Positions 1-14,997 of a stretch of DNA of 64,000 nt are shown one piece after another. The notes under the pieces are model-generated. The model saw only the letters and a list, made by a program, of their open reading frames with translations, did not search any database and had not been told where the DNA came from. Numbering within the stretch: the stretch's first letter is position 1; each line of letters begins with the position of its first letter. The stretch is from the human T2T-CHM13v2.0 reference genome, Homo sapiens: NCBI RefSeq assembly GCF_009914755.1, contig NC_060938.1. The stretch is one strand, 5' to 3'. A program made the translations under genes and the position numbers.

Positions 1-63
1 CTGGGCTCAAATGATCCTCCTGCCCCGGCCTCCTAAAGTGCTTGTATTACAGACCAGAGCCAC
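1..63 (-). mobile_element. Alu 5' end fragment (AluJ/FLAM-like)
   Basis: ctgggctcaaatgatcctcctgcc...cctcctaaagtgct...attacag. Confidence 0.8.
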
Positions 64-499
64 GCTTCTATTAGGGTCCCCACCTCGCCCCCTCCCTGTC
101 TTCATTCCTCCAGGGAACAGGCTGAGTCCCTACCTGAGCCAGGCACTGTGCTTGCCCTGAGAATGTGGAGTGGCAACCATTTATTGACTGTGCCATCCTG
201 TTTCCGTATCTGTGACTCCACCAGGCAGACCTCACTGCTTACCCCACAAGGAGCCCTGGCGCCTTGAACTGTGCCTGGACCACAGGGCAGTGACCAGTGA
301 GCGTTTATTAAATGAATAAACAAATGCACAAATGTTCCCAGTGAATGATTTTGGAAAACGCCCAAGTGTTGTTTCAGTTCAGTGAAAAGCGAACATTTGG
401 CTTCAGCTGAGGTTCACTCCACCGTGGGTTGCTGGGTCATTTCAGTTCAGGGCTCTGTTGAGGAATGTGGGGTTTTGCCTGGGTTGGGTTGAGAGCAGC

Positions 500-910
500 A
501 ATGGGTGCCTTTATCAGGGGCAGAGGGGCGCCCGGAAGCCTTTCTTTTGAAAGTCCCCGTGACCCCTAGCGCTGAGACAAATGCACCGTGTCGCTGCCCA
601 GCGGCCGGCAATTCCCGCGCGCGCCCCCCAGCCCCCGTCCTCCCAGGCGCGACCTTGATGGAGCGACCCTTGGCCGCGGCGCCGGGACTCAGACAATGCA
701 CAATGCGCCGAGCCTGGGCCGCAGCTCCTCAGCGCGGCCACAAGCGCTCTATTGAGCCGGCTGGCGGCGGGCGCTGGAGGCGGCGAGTGGTGCGAGGAGA
801 GGTGCTCTGAGGCCTCTTTGTTCAGGGGCTCACGTGGGGGCAGTTGCTCCGCCGCCCACACAAGTATGCAAAGCCTCCCTGACCCTGGCGGTGGAAAAAG
901 CCTGCCGGCC
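500..910. promoter_or_regulatory. Small orphan CpG island
   Basis: High GC and dense CpG (ttcccgcgcgcgccccc, gccgcggcgccggg, ggcggcgggcgctgg) in otherwise CpG-depleted DNA. Confidence 0.75.
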
Positions 911-1439
911 ACCCCCAACCAGAACCAGAATTGGGGTCTTATTCCATACCAGCAGCCCTGCCCGCCCATGCCTTGAAATCTCTATTTTCCGGTGGGGAAA
1001 TTGAGGCCAGAGAGGCCAATGAGCTTGTGTGGACCTGGCCAACCTGAGAAGGCCTAGAAAGCCCCAAATTCACAAGAATGCATTAATAGGGGATGAAAGC
1101 CATAGTGAAAGAGATCATGGAAGAGGCCTCCTGTTGGTTTGGGCAAGCAAGGACGCGGTGTTTTTGATGGGCCCTCTACAGGGGGCGGGCCAGGTAATGG
1201 AAAGAATATGGGCCTTGGATCCCGGAAGTCCAGGCTCAAATCCTGGCTCTACTTGCGGTGTCTATGCAATCTTGGGCAGGCGTCTGACCGCTCTGTGCTT
1301 TTGTATAAAATATTACCTAGCTCACAAGATAATACACGCCCAGCCCTGGATCCCAGGGGACAGGCAGCCCTCTGGAACCACAGGATCTGACACTGTCGGG
1401 GACAGTGGAAGGGGCCCAAACTTCCCACCTGGAAAGACC

Positions 1440-1610
1440 TGAGACGCTTATGCTTTGATGTTTATGGACTGTGTGGCCTCTGAAGCTGCCTTTCTTATTT
1501 GTAAAGTGGGACTAATAATACCCCAGTCAGAGGGCTCCGGTGGAGTTTTAATGAGGTCACACAGTGAAAGCATCTGGCACATAGTAGGTGCTCAGTAAAC
1601 AGCAGCTGTA
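1440..1610 (+). mobile_element. MIR
   Basis: MIR core tttcttatttgtaaagtggg...ctggcacatagtaggtgctcagtaaa. Confidence 0.7.
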
Positions 1611-3644
1611 GTGATTGCTGTGTCATCCCTGAGGATGCAGGATGTCACCCAGGCTCTGCCAGGTAGGCCAGCCTGGGGTGGCTTGCAGACAGGTAGGATC
1701 CTTGAGTCTCTTCAGGGCTGGAGACGGCCTTCCACTCCTGGGGGAGGACCTTGGGGAGGGGCACACCAGGAGCAGAAGGTGTTTGAGGTCGGCCAGTGTG
1801 GAGGCAACAGTGCCCCCTACTGGACAGTCTGCAGAGTCCGAGGGTCTCCGGCACCTTGGCCCGGTTGAGCTGCCGGGACCTGGCTGATCCTTCTGGAGGA
1901 GGAGCCTCTCAGAAATCTCCGGAGCTGGCCCCTCTCCCAGGTGAATCCTATTGTGTTGGCCGGAGGCGCTACCCTCCCCACATCCTGCCAAGGACTGCCT
2001 TTCTTAGTTCAGCCGAGTTCATTCTTCTGTTTCTCTAACATCTTTCCATCTCTGGCGTCTTTCCTTTGGGAAACAAAAGTAGAGAGAGCTCCACCCAAAT
2101 TAGCTGAGTTATTATCTGAAACTTGCCAACGGACTTTCTGACCCCAGGAGAGTAGATGGCGGCTCTGTGTCGCAAACAGAGCCACAGCCTCGACAGTCAC
2201 CTGCCCTCCTGGAGGCACTGGGGCACTCGGAAGGGGGCGATGCATGTAAAAGTGCTTCTCACCTGAGAAGTCCTTCCGTCTCAGAAACGGGAAGGGTTCG
2301 TCTTTCTCCAGATTGCCAGCAACTTTCTTTCGGATTATATTCAATAAGTGTGCCATGGAGCAGATGTGAGCCTGGGTATCCGGCAGGCAGAGAAACCTGG
2401 AGAGAGACAAACGCCACACAGATAGAATTTCCATCACAATTGATGAACCTCTCTAGTCCTCTGGCGTTTCTGCAGAAGGCGAGGGCAGTAACGGGGCTGC
2501 TCATTGGCTTGCTCTGATCTGGGGATGGCCAGTTGAGACGAGTCTTGAATCTTTCCATGCTGTTTAATGAAACAAGCGAATGTGGCCCTTGCTCTGGGAG
2601 CTGGACTTTATCACCCAAGCAGGGTTAAGATTACTTCGATGGGCTTTTCTGACCTGAGGGGTGACCTGTGTGTGATCTCTGGTTTTCCAGGTGCAAGGGG
2701 CTGGTCCATGAGACGTCCACTTTTGGCTGCAGTTAGGTAGCAGTTTGCTAAGTTAGAAGGATAGAGAAATAGAAGAAAAGATACAGGGGTCTGAGAAGAC
2801 CTCATGTCAAGCCTGTAGCATCTCCCACTGGGGCCCTGTTCGTGACAGCTGACTACCTGCCTTGCTAATTGCTCTTAGCACCCTTTGGCCAGCCTATCTG
2901 TGCACATATGCAGAGAAGGACTATGTGACTGAGCCGTGGGCAGTGCAGAGGGCTAAGAGACAGGCTGTGTGGGTTGAAGCCTGCTTTGCCCCTCTTCACC
3001 AACATCCACTAGGTCTACCTCTTCCCTGTCTTCTTGGTGACAGTTTGGATTCTAGTGACAATTAGCTGATGCCCTCAAGGAATTCACATCACAGCTCTGA
3101 GTTTGGGAAGGTAGGACTAGCTGAGCTCCAAGTCCCTCCAATCCTGGAACTGACTCTTTCCTCCTCTCTCCTCCCCAGAAAAGGGAGTGTGGGCTCCCCA
3201 GCCAGAGAGAGGACCCAGCTAGTCACTTGCCTGCCCTTTGACCTTTCTAGTCTCCCGTCCTCATCCAACCTTCCCTGTTGGATTCTGTGAGTGAAAGGAG
3301 ACAATGTTTTGAGGTCCCAGCACCCCGGGGGGATGCTTAATCAGTGGCCATTCCCTTCCTCCCTCCTTCCCTCCTCCTATCCTCTCCCTCCCTCTTCTAC
3401 CCTCTGGTCCATTATCTTGGCTTTCAGTTGGCCTCAAGTGACATAAACAATAAATGCCCCCTTTTTTTCCAACTGCTTTATTAGTCTTTAGTCAGGAGGT
3501 AAGAATAATAACTATAACTTACAAATTTATCTATAAAGGTAAGTCTTTCTCTAAGAAGGTAAAATAAACAAACAAACTAAATCCCACTAATAGTAGACTT
3601 TTCCCCAGGGACTAAAAACCACATTTGTTTTTTTCCATCAAAAG

Positions 3645-3846
3645 CAGTGCTTTCAAGTGGGGTGGGAGAGGGAGGGTTGTCCCCCATAAGACATTTTTGG
3701 TTGTCACTCCTGGAAGGAGATGAACATCACCCAGGGGGCAGAGGCTGGGGACGCTGTCAGACGTCCTGCAGTGCCCAGGACAGCCCCAGCACAGTGAAGG
3801 ATTTTCTGGCCCCAAACACCAACGCTGCTGAGATTGACAAACCCTG
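3645..3846. mobile_element. MER20 (hAT-Charlie)
   Basis: gacatttttggttgtcac...cctgcagtgcccaggacagcccc...ctggccccaaa...gctgagattgacaaaccctg. Confidence 0.7.
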
Positions 3847-6445
3847 GTCTCAACAATAGACACAGAGGCGTGAACATGCCGCTGCCAAACCACGTGTGTG
3901 TGGGGGGGTCCAGACAGACTCATTTCTAGAACAATCTGTGGGAGAAAAGTTGATAGCTGCTGAGCCTGGGAAATGGAAGTTCCGAGCAAGCAAAGCCCCC
4001 ACATCCCTCCCTGAGCATTTCCGGACCCGTGGAGCAGCAGAAACAGCTCTGCTCAGTGGTCGAGGCCAGCCTGAGACAGTGCCTCTCAGCCCTCTTGCCG
4101 CTGGCAAGCCACTCAACAGTTCAGAGCCCAAAAAGTAGGACCAGGTCTATCAGTGTTTCCCTGACTAGAGAGATTTTAGAAGCCCAGAGTTGATTTTGAT
4201 GATGCAGGGACTGTACCTTTAGGTAACACAGACCACATATGAAATGATTCTTCCCTTTTCAGTTTGCTTTCAAGCCTCTGTTAAGAAGAGAGTCTCTGGT
4301 GCTACTTTGTCTTGAACGCTTCTTTGACTTTTGTTTATCTCCCTTTTCGTCAACAGCAGGCAGGCTCCAGGTTCACAGGCAATAGTGTGTTTATCTGGAA
4401 TTTAATCAAGTGGACTTACTTCCATCGTATTCTTTGTTATGGCCACAGTTGCACTGCTGGCTTCCCATTTATGGTGGTGAAGTCAAGTTTCCTTTGACAA
4501 TGAATTTAAGTAAGCAACCAAGTAGACTTGAGGACACATATTTAGTAAACTGCGTTATGGGTGGTATATGGAAGTGGCAAATTCATGAAGTGGGTTCGAG
4601 AATGCCTGGGGTGTGGGGGGAGGAGGGGGAGGCGTCACACTTGGTCATCCAACTCGAGTCTCAGTTTCCTCATATAGAAAGAATGACAATCTCTTCCCTG
4701 CCTGAGTAAATGGGTTTGAGCAAAATCAAGCAGCACGGGGCAGGTGAAAGCATTGGTCCCTTGTCCCCCTGACACCTGCAAGGTGCTGCTGTCCTTGTGA
4801 TGACCTTCTCTGCAGGCCCTTGCTCTCTCTCTCTCTCTCTCTCTCTGGGTGGCCCAGCACTCTCAGCAGTTAGGGCTGTACTTGTGAGTGGCAAGGAAAG
4901 GGGCTAGCGTCATTCAACCCTCACTGCATGCCTCCATGCATGTTAGCTCATTTCATGCTCAGAGTACACCTGTGAAGAAAGTCTTATGCAGCCACACTTT
5001 TTAATGAGGAGCCTGGGGTTCGGGGAGAGGCAGTCCCAGGTCGAAGATCTACGTAACTGGTAAATAATAAAGTCCAGATTCAAGCCCAGCTCTGTCTGCC
5101 TTCAAAACCTGCACTTTTTCCACTAGATCACCCATAAAGGCAAGCTGCCCTTGACCCTGACCATCTGTAATCACTAAGCAAAAACACAGCAGAGGGTCAA
5201 GGCAAAGGTCACCAGCCAGGGGCCACAGGTCAGGTTGCCAGGCACTCCCTCTTTATCTCCGTACACTCACCTGTGGTGGAGTAGACACAGTGCAGGCTCA
5301 GTCCTGCAGACTCCTTTGATACTTCCTGGTAAGTTCAGCGCCATGTTGCCTGAGGCTCTTCACATGTTTTGGAGGAAATCTTGGCTTTGGAGCCCTGGGT
5401 TCAAACCCCAGCTTGGCCACTTGCTGGCTGAAGAGCTGCGTTAAATCTAGTTTACTCATCTGCGAAATAGGCATAATAATAGTAACATCCCTCTATGGGT
5501 GATGGGAGATTTACCAAAGACTATACGTAGTTGACATAACAATCATCAGCCCTCGATAAATAATGGCGTTTTGCTATAAATAAAATACAAGTGTCCATGT
5601 CTAATTCACAATTCACATAAAAGCCAGACCCGGGTCAGCTTACTTAAACAACAGTGTGGAAAGTTGTTGGCTGGAATTTTCTTCAGGGTAACTGAAGCTG
5701 AAATAAAGCAATGTGATTTGGGTTAACACCGTTTTATTGGTACTATTGCCTAAGAAATGAAAAGTGTGTGTTTGGTTATTTTGTTTGTTTTTTGACCCTA
5801 CAAATTTCTAGAATTCCATTACACATGATGCAATTTGATTTCCAACATCTGCAAATCAGCATTCAGCTTTACTTCCTATTTCAGCCAGTGTGGGAGAGAT
5901 TTTTTTGATTTCTTCTGAGCAAGAATCATCATAACTATTTTCCCCTCCCTTTTCTGCTGACAGGATGGTCAAAGAATAAGCTGTGTGTATTTTTCCCTAC
6001 AAGTCACTCTGCTCCTTGATGCCTCAGTTTCTCTGTCTAGTGAAAAGGGCATGATGATTCGTCTGATTCCTATAGATTTCATGAGACTGAATGAGTGATC
6101 ACTCTACTGAAGGCTGTCTTTTCATAAGAGGCATTGCATTCTGAATTTCATTCATTCAGCTGTTCATTCATATACTCATTCCACACACTTTCAAAAGCCT
6201 TGTCTGTGCCAGGCACTGTGTCATGTGCTGAAGCTCCAGAGATGCGTACAAAGTTGTTCCCACCTTTGTGTAGAGTAAGTCAGGAGGGCCAGACACAAAG
6301 GAACATACAATTGTACCAGTGTGAAAAAATACTGGGGAAGAGAGCTAATTCTGGAGATTAGCCCACTCACTGATCAGGGAGAAGACATCTGAGACAGACC
6401 TTCAAATTCAAGTGTGATGTGGGAATAAGGAGAGAATTGGGAGGG

Positions 6446-6565
6446 GGCCAGGTGCAGTGGCTCATGCCTGTAGTCCCAGCACTTTTGGAGGCTGAGGCAG
6501 GAGGATCACTTGAGCCTAGGAGTTCAAGACCAGCCTGGGCAACACAGAGAGACCCTGTATTTAAA

Positions 6566-6634
<69 letters not shown>

Positions 6635-6755
6635 GTATATACATATATATATATGTATATATATATACACAAAAATTAGCCAGATGTGGTGGCACGCAAC
6701 TGTAGTCCCAGCTATTCCGGATGCTGAGGTGGGAGGATTGACTGAGCCTGGGAGG
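6446..6755 (+). mobile_element. AluJ with (TA)n expansion in the middle linker, right arm truncated
   Basis: ggccaggtgcagtggctcatgcc... start; (TA/CA)n at 6567-6668; followed by a GAG/GAA-rich tract. Confidence 0.85.
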
Positions 6756-7546
6756 GTGAGGGGTGAGGAAGGAGGAGAAGAAGAAGAAGAGGAGGAGGAG
6801 GAAGATTGGGAGATGAGGGAGGGCTGAAAGTTGAGTTTAGGTAAGAGTTTTTCAAACTGCAGATGGGAATCTTCCTGAGATCTATAGTAAGATCATACTG
6901 AAATGGCAACTATTTTAACTGAAATGGACTGGACTGGAATGGAATAGATTGGAATGTGTCTAGAGTTAAAGGGAAAAATAATTGTCTTATGATTGTTTTA
7001 AAGGTGTGTGTGTGTCTGTGTGTGTATGCTGGTTCTTGATATAAAATGTTCTTACTCTTATAGAGTAAAATTAAAAAGAAATTTTTAAAGGAAATTCTAT
7101 GATCCAGATAAGAATCCAGAGGATCTCCATCAGTGGTGTGTAGTTAAATTTTTTAACAGTTGGCTAAGAAAAAAAAAGTAGGCATTCATATGTGTACATG
7201 TTTATTGTGCATTTTACTGATATGAAGGATTGTAGCACACAACTTACAAATAAGAAAATATATAATATTCTTTATTGCAAATTCCACAGAGCCAGTTGAT
7301 TCTCATAGAATGCTTTTGAGAACTTTTGCTAAATTCTTATCTGTAGCTGACTTATGGTTGCATCTCAGTCATGATTTGAGAAGATTAAACTACAAGTAAA
7401 TGTTTGAATACTGTCCAAGTCAGCAAAGAAGTGACTCACATCATTGATGAATGAGTATAGTTTCAACATGTATGTTGGTTGGTATTTTCATTTACTCTAA
7501 TGAGTGAGAGAAGACTAAAACAACAAAGATTTACGTCAGAACTTCA

Positions 7547-7843
<297 letters not shown>

Positions 7844-8594
7844 TCACTTATTCATCAATATTATGTCACTTCTTTACTAAGTTGGATAATAGTTTTCAAA
7901 TTCTAAGAGTATTTTCTTAATTTTTTTAGTGCTTTTCACAATATAATGGCTACAGGTATAACATACTTTAAATATAATCTCTTGAGGAAAAATTGTGGAA
8001 GATTTTGAGGTGGATAAAAGATTACTGGATATTCTTTTAGTAAATCTCTGGGGCCTCCAGGGATTATCTCATGCTATAGAGGTATGTGCCTTTGTCTGTC
8101 TTTTTATTTTACAACCTTGCAGAGATGTTAACTTATAAAAAATTGATAGTGGGCAAATCTTTTATGTCCATGGCTAAGCAAATGATACCTGTCCAAGGTT
8201 ATGCAAATGAATTTTACCAGGTAGAAAATGTAAATCTGTGCAAGGCAAATCCTCGTTTAACCCAGTTGTAACTTCTTACTGGTCCCTCATTAATTAATGG
8301 GTTAGGTAAAATAATTGACTTGTATTCATATTATACCTGCTTGAGAGTCATAATTTTAACCTTTTGTGAAAACTCTCCTCTCACAATCTTGATCATTAAC
8401 ACTTTCTTCATCACCTTCTTAAGTCTAGACAATCAATAAAACAATAAATCCAAGTCTCATGTGTAGCACTTGCCTATTTCCATGGTGTATATACTTCCAC
8501 AGCAACAAATTTCAAGCTACTAATGTGTGCGATATTATCGAACATGGAGTTGGAAAGAGCTGCACAGTAGCATGCCATTATATAATATTACCAA

Positions 8595-8862
<268 letters not shown>

Positions 8863-9167
8863 CATCACACAGATGCAATAAACATCCATATCCTCGAGAG
8901 CATAGGTAACAGTAAAATCTCATGACATAATCAGGAAGGGATACGTTTTAAGTATTTATTGCCACATTTTAATATAATTTATTTAAGTATATAAATTTAA
9001 TATTTATTGTGCTTAGCAATTTCAAAATCTTGAAAATTTAACAATGGGTTCTTACAGGATCCCCGGATATCAAAAAACACACCCACAGAAAAAAATGTGG
9101 TTCTTCTTTTTCTCTTTTCTCTGCAGATGCTTGGGATTCCAATCAGTGGATTTAAATGAAGAAGCTG

Positions 9168-9490
<323 letters not shown>

Positions 9491-10822
9491 AAATGAAGGA
9501 GCTGGGATCGAGGTCTGTAAACAGAGCAGGATCAGGGTAACCCTTTGAGTTCCGCCTGATCAGATTCAGATTTGAGAGTAGTGTCACCACGGCTGAGGAG
9601 GCTTCCCAAGGTGACATGGACTGAGGGATCATGTCTCACTTCTGCATTCTCAACTAGCAGGACTCACTCTTCCATGGCCTGAGGGCTGCAGAATGGAGGG
9701 GAAACAGAGTCCTGCCCTGGCTTGGGAGTTGGAGACCTGAGTTCCTGCCCTGCCTTGCTATGAGCCCCACTCTGTGTGGGACCCAGTGTCCTCACGAATG
9801 GAGTCTGTCTTGCGCAGGAGCAGGCAGGCGGCCCACGTATAATAAACAGCTGATCCTCAGATCATAGAGGGTAAAGGGTAGGGGTGAAAATGGAGGGTGC
9901 GTGCCCTGCCTGTAAGCACTAAATTCAAACATTTAAAGATGACTGTGCGCTGCTGACCAGGCAGACTTGGCGAGCAGGGTGCCAGTTTGAGATCCCTCAG
10001 CTAGAGGATTTCTAGGGCCCAGTCTGGTTTGACAGCCCCTCTTCCTACCCACCATACCTGTGCCTTACCCATCTCCTGAACTCCTGTCCTTCACATCCTT
10101 ACCCAGGAAAAGGCTAAGGAATGGCCTGGGAAATGTTTATTACATCAAGTGGGGCATGTAGTGATACCATTGAATAAGTTATCCTTGAAAGATGTTTAGT
10201 GTTTGGGAGTTTGCAAGCTCAGACCATTTTTGAAGGGGAAAAAAAAAGTCTTTGTGTTGAATGTTCAGTTCCTCTGGCATCCGGAAGGTTCAAACCAGTT
10301 CTTTCCATCCCCTTCAAACAGATTTCTGTCTCTGTGGGATGCCCCAAATGAAGGAACTGGCTTACCTTTCAGAGTCACAGGGTAGAAAAATATGTATGAC
10401 TTTAAGCCCTAGAGAAGCCTGGATAGCCAGTGCTCCCCTTGGGGCGGTGTCTGGGGCTGAGATGGTGGAGGGAGCGCAGAGGCAAGTCTCCCAACCTCAA
10501 CTCTGAGTGGAACAGCAGGAGCTATTACCACACCATTTACATGTGTTATGCCTCTGTCTGTGCAAGCTCCTGTAGATGAATTTGCAAGTTAAATGCATTT
10601 AGGTTACAACCATACCATACAAGGCACCTAATTTTCTTCTTACAAAGAATGACTAATCACCTGTTAGGAGAACTTTTGAGGACTATTATAGTATCATTTT
10701 ATATATGTGTGTGTAAGGAGGCAAAGTATATGAGTGTGTATATATATTTGTCTCTTTATTAAAGACCACTTCTGTGATCTCAAATGTCATTGTCACTCTG
10801 AATTTAGACATTCATGCACACA

Positions 10823-11011
10823 TAGGGTTGCTAGAGAAATACAAGACACCCACTTACGTTTGAATTTCAGATAAACAACGAGCACTTTTTAGCATAAGTA
10901 CGTCCCAGGCAATATTTGGGAATACTCACATTCAAAAAGTATTTGCTTTTTGCCTACATTCAAATTTAACTGGACATCCTGTATTTTTATTTGATAAATC
11001 TGAGAATGCTA
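10823..11011. mobile_element. MER53 palindromic hAT MITE
   Basis: tagggttgc...tttgaatttcagataaacaacg...tcaaatttaactggacatcctgtattttt; internally palindromic. Confidence 0.75.
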
Positions 11012-11121
11012 CAGACACACAAATACACACATTTGTGGATATGCCTCCACAACACCCCCGATACAGAGACACAAATAGTGCACACGTATGCATAACTTGG
11101 CTGTCCTTTGCCATGGATTCA

Positions 11122-11122
<1 letters not shown>

Positions 11123-11162
<40 letters not shown>
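11123..11162 (+). repeat. (CA)n microsatellite
   Basis: About 20 perfect CA units. Confidence 0.95.
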
Positions 11163-11164
<2 letters not shown>

Positions 11165-12284
11165 CCTCCTCTATCATGAGCACAGCTGTGTCCCCAAGGT
11201 GCCCTCCGAGTTGAGTTTACAACCGCAGGGTCTGTTGCTGCTTCCTGAGGCGGGTTCCTCCCGGGTTTCTTTAAGAACCTGCAGTTCTGGGCAGCCATTA
11301 CTCTTTCCTGAAGTTCCCATGGATTTAACAGCTTTGGACCTGGTTTGGAGCAGGGCCCCGGCTGCAGGCTTCCCTCCCGTCCAGGCTGCCCTGCCTGCCT
11401 CTCCCTGAAGGCGTCTCGGTTACTTGCGGGCCTGGCCGGGCTGGCTGGTGGGCTTTCTTGGGAGCAGGCCTCTTCCCTCCGGCTCCCCAGCTGCTCGTAT
11501 CCGGGTTTACAGCCCCGGGGCAGTGCCTACAGGGCCTGCAGGCTGGATGTTCTGAGATTTTTATTGGCATCTCCATCAAGATGAGGGCCATGGGGGTCCT
11601 TCAGGTCTTCCGGAGCCGCTTTATTGGGGCTGGCCTTCCAGACACGGCGGGGAGCAGCGATTTCCAGGGGAATCTGGTTTCTCTGCTGGGCTCGCACCCG
11701 TTTCCTCTGTGTTTGGCTTGGCAGCGCCTGGGCCTGGCCTGTTTTGAGCCTCACCTCGTGCTTGGGCTTTTGTGGCCTGTCGGTGGATGAGGTGGCGCGG
11801 AGTAGCCGTTTCTCCTCAGCCGCAGGGACACAAACGGAGCTTTGTATGGGGCAGACGCAGGTGGAAGGGAAGGAGCTCAGGCCTCTCCTGTGCTCGGGGA
11901 AATGCTCTGGAGTTGGAGGACGTTAAAACACAAGTGCAAACCACTCCAGATCGTCTGCACCTTGAAAGCCCAAGCTCACTCGTGGGAGGACTGAATGGCC
12001 GGGTCTCAATGACTGCCGCCTTCTTTGGGACCCGGAATAGGAAAGAGGTGCAGGGAATAATATTCTGCGAGGGGATTTAAATTTTAAAACCCCAGTGGGG
12101 GTTAAGCTCACAGTGAGCTCTGGGCAGCAGATGGCCAGAGTGACCTTGGCGTTTGAGGCGGGGAAGGCAATGCCTGGGGAGAGAGTGCCTGTCCCGGGGG
12201 GTCCCCTGCTGTCCACAGGTCAGCCCATGTGGGCCACCAAACCAAATGACTAGCCAGCCGGCTTGTAATAAAAGATTCAGGATT

Positions 12285-13217
<933 letters not shown>

Positions 13218-13409
13218 TGGTAGCCACAAGAAGGAAATGATCAGGGCGGGTCTTAATTTTGTTTTTTATACTCGGCCGATTGGAGAAGGTGGCCGCACAC
13301 TCGTAGTAGAGTGTGATCACAGAGACACCAGTGCGTCCAGCTCTCGGGGCCATTCATTTCACCTCCATGTGAGCCAACTCAGCCTGCAGTTCAGCCCACT
13401 GTCCTTTAT

Positions 13410-13720
13410 TCACTTACAGTTTGAGGTGCCCATGAAGCAGGTCCTGAGACTTAGGTGTCAGTAGTTTATCTGGGAAGTTGTTCCAGGAAATAGATGAGGG
13501 AACAGGGATGGGAGGAAAGCCAAAACCAGGGAGGGTCATGAGACAGTTGTGGTGGGTGGGCCTCAGGAGCTCGGTGCACCAGGGACCCTCTGAGAGTCTA
13601 TCTGGTGCCCCTCGGAATCGTCCCACCAAGGGCAGGAAGCCAAGGAGTTTTTGCAGCCACCCAGGCTATGCCCCGGTGAAGGTCATTCCAGCTGCTGGAG
13701 AAGCTCGTCAGGCACAGGAC
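13410..13720. mobile_element. ERVL LTR33-like
   Basis: aagcaggtcctgagac...gtagtttatctgggaag motif; a related copy in opposite orientation at ~15540-15820. Confidence 0.45.
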
Positions 13721-14009
13721 ACGGGAGATGGCCTGAGGGGGTGGGAATGTGTTCCCTGGGGTCAGCTGAGGATGGGGCACCAACGGCCTCTGCCCACTCT
13801 CTCACGAATCTTGCTAACCCAAGAGCTGGCCAGAACCCAATCCCTAATCTTGCTGATGGAGGCCCTCAGCCACCTTGCCCCTCACAGTGGGTCTGATTCT
13901 GCTCCTTCCTGCACCAACGTCATGCTTGATTTTCTTGGTTCTACATTAACCAAGGATGGGAAAAACCAAGGCATTTTTCCTAATCTCTCACAGCACTCAG
14001 CACAGCACT

Positions 14010-14785
14010 CAGCATAGCACTTCTGACATCAGACGTGCAGGGAGGTTCCCCCCATGCCACGCAGTTCTCCAGCGGACACCAGCGGGGTGTCCTGCAATTC
14101 AATTCGGGCCCTGTCTGCCTGGAGATAGCATCAGATCGTAGCATCGGATCGCACAGGCTGAGGGCTCAGTCCCACAAAACTGCACTTCACTTCAGATGTC
14201 AATCACAAGCCCCAGACTGTGGCCTGAGCTTCTGACTGATTGGCTATGAATAGGGGTTCCCACAGCCCCCTTTTCAGGTTTGATTAATTTGCTAGAGCAG
14301 CTCACAGAACTCAGAGAAACACTTTACATATATTGATCCATTTATTATAAAGGGTATTACAAAGGATGCACATAAGCAGCCAGGTGGAAGAGCAGCACAG
14401 GGCAAGGCATGGGGAAAGGGGCACAGAGCTCCCACCCTGTCCAGCTGTACCACTCTCTAAGAACCTCCACGTGTTCAGCTATCTGGAGACCCACCCCAGC
14501 TCTGTCCCTTTGAGGTTTTATGGAGACTTCATTAGGTAGGCATGATGGATTAAACCACTGGCCATTGGTGATCAACTCAACCCTCAGCCCCTGTCCCCTC
14601 CGCAGAGGTTTGGAGGTGGGGCTTAAAGTCCCAACCCTCTAATCCTGCCTTGGTCTATGCTGCCAGCCACCAGTCATCTCATTAGCATAAAAAAGACACT
14701 CATCACTCCAGAGAGTCCAAGGGCATCAGGAGCTGTGTGTCAGGGGCCTGGGGCAGGGACCAAATATGTATTTCTTAAATCACAG
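14010..14785. mobile_element. MER21-like LTR
   Basis: ggacaccagcggggtgtcctgcaattcaattc...gagggctcagtcccacaa...cagtcatctcattagcataaaaaagacac. Confidence 0.7.
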
Positions 14786-14997
14786 CATTGCACACACTTA
14801 ACCCTTGGGTCTGTTGACATGCTGTTTCTCCAGCCTGAATCCTGTGCTCTCCCCCTGGAACAGGAGTCCTCTCTCACTAGAGACCTTCCCACTTCTGGAC
14901 ACTCCCCACCCCCATCCCTCACCAGCTCAGTGTGACCCCTGTATCTTCCTTGATACTGTGAAGTTGTCCCAGGACCTGCCCCTTCATAGGGATAAGA

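Noticed and set aside
447-976. Overlapping GC-rich ORFs in the CpG island
   Set aside because: Expected by chance at high GC; no recognisable protein or exon structure.
13988-14021. Short 12-bp triplication (cacagcactcag); similar small duplication at ~39884-39931
   Set aside because: Ordinary slippage duplications with no evident motif.
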